Part shown: in pieces, positions 59,467 through 64,000 of the stretch
Layout: each line of letters starts with the position of its first letter
Position numbering within the stretch: position 1 is the stretch's first letter
From: Promethearchaeota archaeon
Lineage (GTDB): Archaea; Asgardarchaeota; Hermodarchaeia; Hermodarchaeales; Hermodarchaeaceae
Assembly (NCBI GenBank): GCA_048939625.1
Contig: JBHLPH010000009.1
Coordinates: 16,400 to 80,399 of the forward strand
Direction of reading: 5' to 3'
DNA length: 64,000 nt
Notes under the pieces: generated by a model
Seen by the model: the letters and a program-made list of their open reading frames with translations, nothing else
The model's database searches: none
What the model was told of the DNA's origin: nothing
Translations under genes and position numbers: made by a program

Positions 59467-60699
59467 ATGATTGACTGTTTCGAGGGTGCGCATGTGGGCG
59501 AGAATATCATCGAAAAGGCATTATTAGGTGCCTCAGTTTTCAAGAATGAGGAGACTCTTCACCCAGCATTTGTACCTCCTGAATTACCAAATCGTGAAAA
59601 TCAGATAGTCCGGTTGAGTCATACATTCAAGCCCCTACTCAACAAAGATGGCGCTTATGCAGTAAACGTTGCTGTTGTTGGTAAACCAGGAACTGGAAAA
59701 ACTGTCTCCATTCGCTATTTCGGAAGGGGACTCGAAAAGGCTGCTGCAAAACGCGGTATCAAAGTTAGGTTCGAATACTATGACTGCTTTATGTTTAGAA
59801 CAAAAAGTGCCATCCTACGAGACCTACTCACAGAACGGTTCAAAGTAACAAGCCGTGGATTTTCTGATGAAGAAATCACGACAATGATTAATCGACGGCT
59901 TTCTCGTGAAAACATAAGATTAGTCTTATGTCTCGATGAAGCCTATCTCCTCGGGCAAGACTTACTCAGTATTATTCACGCGAGTGAAGTTGCTAAACAT
60001 GGCGAAGCATTCATCTCTACTCTAATAGCCTGTCGTATAGTCGATTGGCAAAACACTCTAAGTTTTCCCCTTTCAGGTCGGCTTCATGATCGTATAGATA
60101 TGCCTGCTTATGACCAAGACGAACTCTATAAGATATTCAAATATCGAACAGAACTAGCTTTCCACAAAAACGTAGTCCCGGATGAGATCGTTCGTATGGT
60201 TGCTAACATCGCCGCATCAACACAGAATGCTCGACATGGTATTGAAATGATGTATTTGGCTGGAAAGGCAGCGGACCGATATAACGTTCGTCCGATTACA
60301 CCAGACCTGATTCGTAGAGCAAAACAAGAGGTCTACTCGGAATTACGATCTGATGTACTCTATGGTCTCCGTGACCAAGAAATACTCGTTCTAGCAGCAC
60401 TCACACGTGAATTAAAAGCTAACAGATCTAGTTCAACAACAATCGTGAAGGTTTATGAGCGGTATCAACTCATTTGTGAAGAATTCGCGGTAAAAAAACA
60501 AGCCCTTCCCACTTTTCGAAAAACCATCGATGCACTCGTAACTTTAGGCATTATTGGAAAGGTAGTAGAAGGAATAGGGACTGGAAAACGAGGACGCCGT
60601 GCACGATTAACCCTAATGGATATCCCTGTCGAAGTATTCGACGAACGTGTTGGTGAAATCCTACAACGCCGTCAATCACAAGAAAGCAACTTTGACTAA
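59467..60699 (+). CDS. cdc6: Orc1/Cdc6 replication initiator
   Basis: L.P.FVP.ELP.RE, GKPGTGKT, LCLDE, NAR sensor-2, C-terminal wHTH with G.RGR. Confidence 0.92.
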   Translation: MIDCFEGAHVGENIIEKALLGASVFKNEETLHPAFVPPELPNRENQIVRLSHTFKPLLNKDGAYAVNVAVVGKPGTGKTVSIRYFGRGLEKAAAKRGIKVRFEYYDCFMFRTKSAILRDLLTERFKVTSRGFSDEEITTMINRRLSRENIRLVLCLDEAYLLGQDLLSIIHASEVAKHGEAFISTLIACRIVDWQNTLSFPLSGRLHDRIDMPAYDQDELYKIFKYRTELAFHKNVVPDEIVRMVANIAASTQNARHGIEMMYLAGKAADRYNVRPITPDLIRRAKQEVYSELRSDVLYGLRDQEILVLAALTRELKANRSSSTTIVKVYERYQLICEEFAVKKQALPTFRKTIDALVTLGIIGKVVEGIGTGKRGRRARLTLMDIPVEVFDERVGEILQRRQSQESNFD

Positions 60700-60724
60700 T
60701 TAAATATAAAATGCGGGAAGCTTC

Positions 60725-61282
60725 ATGACGACACAAACCATGAAAAAGGCGCTCTGGTTCCAATATGAAAACGCCACAGTAACAGTTATTGCTACAAAGA
60801 CTCTTGACGAGTTTACAATCAATGATACCACCTTCAGACCAGTGGAAAAAGGTCGGGAATTTGATGTTCCGCGCTGGGTCGCCGCGGTTCTAACCTCAAC
60901 TAATATGGCACAAATGAAGGCTCCAGATTTAGGCGTCCCTGATTTACAAAAAGCCCTTTGGCGAGAAACAGGAGAGCCGGTACTCCAAACATTGACCCCA
61001 AACTACTATTTTCAAGTTCGATCCGCAATTGAACACCTTTCACAACAAAACAAAAAGTCCCCGAACGATGTACGGGTTGCTGCCCAATCTAAAATGGAAA
61101 CACTACTTCGCGACCTTATTGACAACCGACTTCTCAAGATAATGAAATTATCCTTACGCGAAGAAAGACTCCGAGAAACGAAAAAGAAAATGACCGAAGA
61201 AGAACAATGGCTCTTTGATAGACTCGTTATTCTTTTACGCAATTGGCAAAAGGATGTAATGGAGATCGAGACTCGTGACTGA
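60725..61282 (+). CDS. GINS subunit (Gins23 type, B-domain first)
   Basis: DVPRWVA..L, L..L..NYY, RLLKI, MTEEE; directly upstream of mcm. Confidence 0.85.
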   Translation: MTTQTMKKALWFQYENATVTVIATKTLDEFTINDTTFRPVEKGREFDVPRWVAAVLTSTNMAQMKAPDLGVPDLQKALWRETGEPVLQTLTPNYYFQVRSAIEHLSQQNKKSPNDVRVAAQSKMETLLRDLIDNRLLKIMKLSLREERLRETKKKMTEEEQWLFDRLVILLRNWQKDVMEIETRD

Positions 61283-64000
61283 AGAGATTGATTACATTAC
61301 TCGGTATGAGGAATTTCTAAAATCGTACAAAACCGAAGATGGTGAAACTCCGTATAACGACGCTATCGCCCGCCTCAGCTTGGAGAAGGATATTTCGATT
61401 TCGATAGACTTCAATCACCTTCTTATGTTCGATCCAGAACTTGCTACAGCGACGAAAGAAAATCCTCAACGCGCAATCGATGCTGCATCGGCTGCAATTC
61501 GGCGCATTCTACGTGTTGTTGATTCCGATTATTCTGAAACTATTGAGAACCTTCATGCACGGTTTAAAGAAGTTCCCGATCGGGTTTCTGTTCGTTTCAT
61601 TCGTGCAGAGCATATTGGGCAACTTATCATGGTTGATGCCCTAGTTACGCGCGTCAGCGATGTGAAGCCGCTTCTTGTATTGGGTTTATTTCAATGTCGC
61701 CAATGCCAAGAAGTCATTGAAGTCCAACAAGGCAATCAATTCATTGCTCCTTCTCTCTGTACGAATGATGCCTGTCGTAGTAAAGGCCCGTTTGATCTTA
61801 TCCCTGAACGTTCCAAATTTGTTGACTGGCAAAAAATTCGACTACAAGAAAAACCTGAGGAATTGCCACCTGGTGCTTTACCCCGAGCCCTTGATTGCAT
61901 ACTTCAAGATGACCTAGTTGATATCGCCCGCCCTGGGGACCCATGTCGCGTAGTCGGAATCTTGCGCTCAACCCAAGACACGACAGCTCGGACAAGACGA
62001 AAAGCACCCACCTTTAGTGTATTTCTCGCCACCAACTACGTCGCAGTCTCCGAAAGAGAAGCCGACCGCGTCGAAATCGAACCTAAAGAAGAAGAAAAAA
62101 TCCGAGAACTTGCTCAGGATCCACTGGTTCATCGAAAAATCGTCAACTCCATCGCCCCCTCCATCTACGGCCTCACCGACATCAAAGAAGCCGTATGCCT
62201 CCTCCTCTTCGGAGGCGTAAGCAAAGTCCTAGCCGACGGCGTCAAAATCCGAGGCGACTCCAACATCCTCCTCGTCGGGGACCCAGGAACTGCAAAGAGC
62301 GTACATGGATCAGAACGGATCTACGTGGGGATTCAAGAAAATGATGGCATTCAATGGGCAACTGAATCGATTGGTTCTTTTGTCGATAAACTAATGAAAG
62401 ACCTTCCAGATGAAATCATTGAAAATAACAATACAGACGTTCTACCACTACCTGATTCAAAATCCATTTTTACACAGGCAATGGATCCATGCTCCTTGAA
62501 AATTCAGAAATCAAGAATTTATGAAGTTAGTCGGCACCCAACATCTAAACTCGTCAAGATAAGCACAAGATCAGGAAGAACAGTATTAGCCACTCCCGAC
62601 CACTCATTTACTACGATTTCAGGTGGTCAATTAAAAGTCCTTGAAGCAAATAATCTTCAGATAGGCGTTTACTTACCAGTCGCTAGAAAAACAAGGATAG
62701 AAAGTGCAACAAATGTCATCGATTTAGCTTCAGCATTTCCTGAGGATGAGTTAGTCAGTACTAATTTACTTAGCAGCCAAATAGAACAGATAAAACTAGG
62801 GGAAATAAGTGCTAGACAAGCTGCAACCATATCAAAAATAACTCCAAACACAATGGGTTCCATAATTCATGGAACAATATCATTACCTGAAGGGTCATGG
62901 CTAAGAGGGAAATATGACACGAGTTGGTTTCCTGAAGCAATCAAGCTAGATAACTCCACAGGACGGGTTATTGGATTTTATCTGGCTGAAGGCAATGTCG
63001 AAGGGACATCAATCCGGTTTTCGAATCTAGACAAATTAATCATCAATTCAATTGCACAAGATCTGAAATCTACCTTTGGAAAAGCATCCATTTTCAATCA
63101 AGGTGTTTTGCTTTGTCAATCAAGTTTAGCTAAGTGGTTTAAAGAAAAATTTGGTTCTGGAGCGGAAGAAAAGGAAATTCCAAACCAACTCCTTAGCACT
63201 CCTTATACATTCAGATGTGCATTATTGTCAGGGTATTTTTCTGGCGATGGAACAATTGATTCGAATGGGACTGCAATTTCTGCTACTACAGTCAGCAAGA
63301 ACCTAGCCTATCAGGTTAGCGACCTCTTGGCAACACTTGACATTTTTACTACAATTAAAGAACGAATGGTCACCAAAGGACCCTACAAGGGTAGAATTTA
63401 CTATCAGATTCGAATTCAATCTGAAGATATAATCCAATTTAGCAAACACGTTAAACTTGTTTCAGAATCCAAACAAAGAGCACTTGAAGATTTGGTAGAT
63501 GTACTTCAGATGCGAAGTAGATATCAGAGTAGAGATATCATACCGAACTTTGGGCAGCTTCTCAATGATGCTTACAAAGAGCTTGGAATTCGAAGTCAAA
63601 GAGGAACATGGGCTCGTGCATTCCTTGCTGAATTGAGAGGAAAAACCCAACGACAACGTGTTGGACGAAAATATCTCCAAAAGCTTATCACACAACTTTC
63701 ATCATTCAAATCATCTCAAACACACTCACCCACGCTTTCTTGGTTACACACCTTAGCCCATTCCGAAATATTCTGGGATCCAATCACACACATCGAAGAA
63801 ATCAACCAACCAACAACCGTCTACGATATTGCAACAACAGATGGTCATTTCGTTTTAGCCCACGGTAATCTTATCGTTCACAACAGCCAACTTCTCAAAT
63901 ACGTAGCCCAACTCGCTCCACGTGGACTGTACACCTCAGGAAAAGGATCAACCGCCGCTGGACTCACCGCCGCAGTACTCCGTGACCCCGATACCGAAGG
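61275..64000 (+). CDS. mcm: MCM replicative helicase with intein; runs off the window end
   Basis: GTG 61275 MTEEIDY; CRQC..C...C Zn finger, QEKPEELPPG.LPR, SIAPSIYG, ILLVGDPGTAK|intein|SQLL, YTSGKGSTAAGLTAAV. Confidence 0.95.
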   Translation, partial: MTEEIDYITRYEEFLKSYKTEDGETPYNDAIARLSLEKDISISIDFNHLLMFDPELATATKENPQRAIDAASAAIRRILRVVDSDYSETIENLHARFKEVPDRVSVRFIRAEHIGQLIMVDALVTRVSDVKPLLVLGLFQCRQCQEVIEVQQGNQFIAPSLCTNDACRSKGPFDLIPERSKFVDWQKIRLQEKPEELPPGALPRALDCILQDDLVDIARPGDPCRVVGILRSTQDTTARTRRKAPTFSVFLATNYVAVSEREADRVEIEPKEEEKIRELAQDPLVHRKIVNSIAPSIYGLTDIKEAVCLLLFGGVSKVLADGVKIRGDSNILLVGDPGTAKSVHGSERIYVGIQENDGIQWATESIGSFVDKLMKDLPDEIIENNNTDVLPLPDSKSIFTQAMDPCSLKIQKSRIYEVSRHPTSKLVKISTRSGRTVLATPDHSFTTISGGQLKVLEANNLQIGVYLPVARKTRIESATNVIDLASAFPEDELVSTNLLSSQIEQIKLGEISARQAATISKITPNTMGSIIHGTISLPEGSWLRGKYDTSWFPEAIKLDNSTGRVIGFYLAEGNVEGTSIRFSNLDKLIINSIAQDLKSTFGKASIFNQGVLLCQSSLAKWFKEKFGSGAEEKEIPNQLLSTPYTFRCALLSGYFSGDGTIDSNGTAISATTVSKNLAYQVSDLLATLDIFTTIKERMVTKGPYKGRIYYQIRIQSEDIIQFSKHVKLVSESKQRALEDLVDVLQMRSRYQSRDIIPNFGQLLNDAYKELGIRSQRGTWARAFLAELRGKTQRQRVGRKYLQKLITQLSSFKSSQTHSPTLSWLHTLAHSEIFWDPITHIEEINQPTTVYDIATTDGHFVLAHGNLIVHNSQLLKYVAQLAPRGLYTSGKGSTAAGLTAAVLRDPDTE
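62298..63884 (+). mobile_element. Intein (529 aa) with LAGLIDADG homing endonuclease, in the MCM Walker A site
   Basis: Begins SVHG after GDPGTAK; block B ATPDHSF; IGFYLAEG and LSGYFSGDG motifs; ends VYDI..HFVL..LIVHN|S. Confidence 0.93.

Noticed and set aside
61441-63695. Short ORF-track entries within the mcm region
   Set aside because: They are alternative-frame or antisense shadows of the long mcm/intein frame, which is missing from the track because it has no stop in the window
1-64000. CRISPR arrays, rRNA, SRP RNA, prophage or defence islands
   Set aside because: No repeat-spacer pattern, rRNA-like sequence or integrase/viral genes seen; small C/D or H/ACA RNAs cannot be excluded by eye

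Overview
Gene-dense housekeeping region of an archaeal chromosome, about 40% GC by eye. The gene content (Rab-like GTPase, four roadblock proteins, longin-like, EMC6-like, RPC34-like, eS30) points to an Asgard archaeon; that assignment is an inference. About 65 CDS cover central metabolism (bacterial-type GAPDH, Fae-Hps, IorAB, GlmS), RNA processing and translation (CCA, IleRS, Trm1, RlmE, fibrillarin/Nop5, Gar1, Elp3, RqcH, Rio2, eS8, eS30, SRP19), chromosome biology (SMC-ScpAB, NurA-HerA, NucS, Cdc6-GINS-MCM with a LAGLIDADG intein) and a decayed IS200/IS605 tnpB. Main finding: the Rab-like GTPase gene (24612-25157, minus strand) is interrupted inside its G2 threonine codon by a 30-nt insert with an in-frame TAA. 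The insert folds into a textbook bulge-helix-bulge (BHB), and cleavage at the canonical BHB positions exactly restores YIMT-VGTSF. This is a candidate tRNA-endonuclease-type mRNA intron in a eukaryotic-signature gene. About 3 kb away, directly behind ileS, is a tRNA with two BHB-type introns (29/30 and 37/38) whose spliced anticodon is UAU, a eukaryote-like tRNA-Ile(UAU). TFB and Gar1 appear to need non-canonical start codons. All calls were made by eye, with no database searches.
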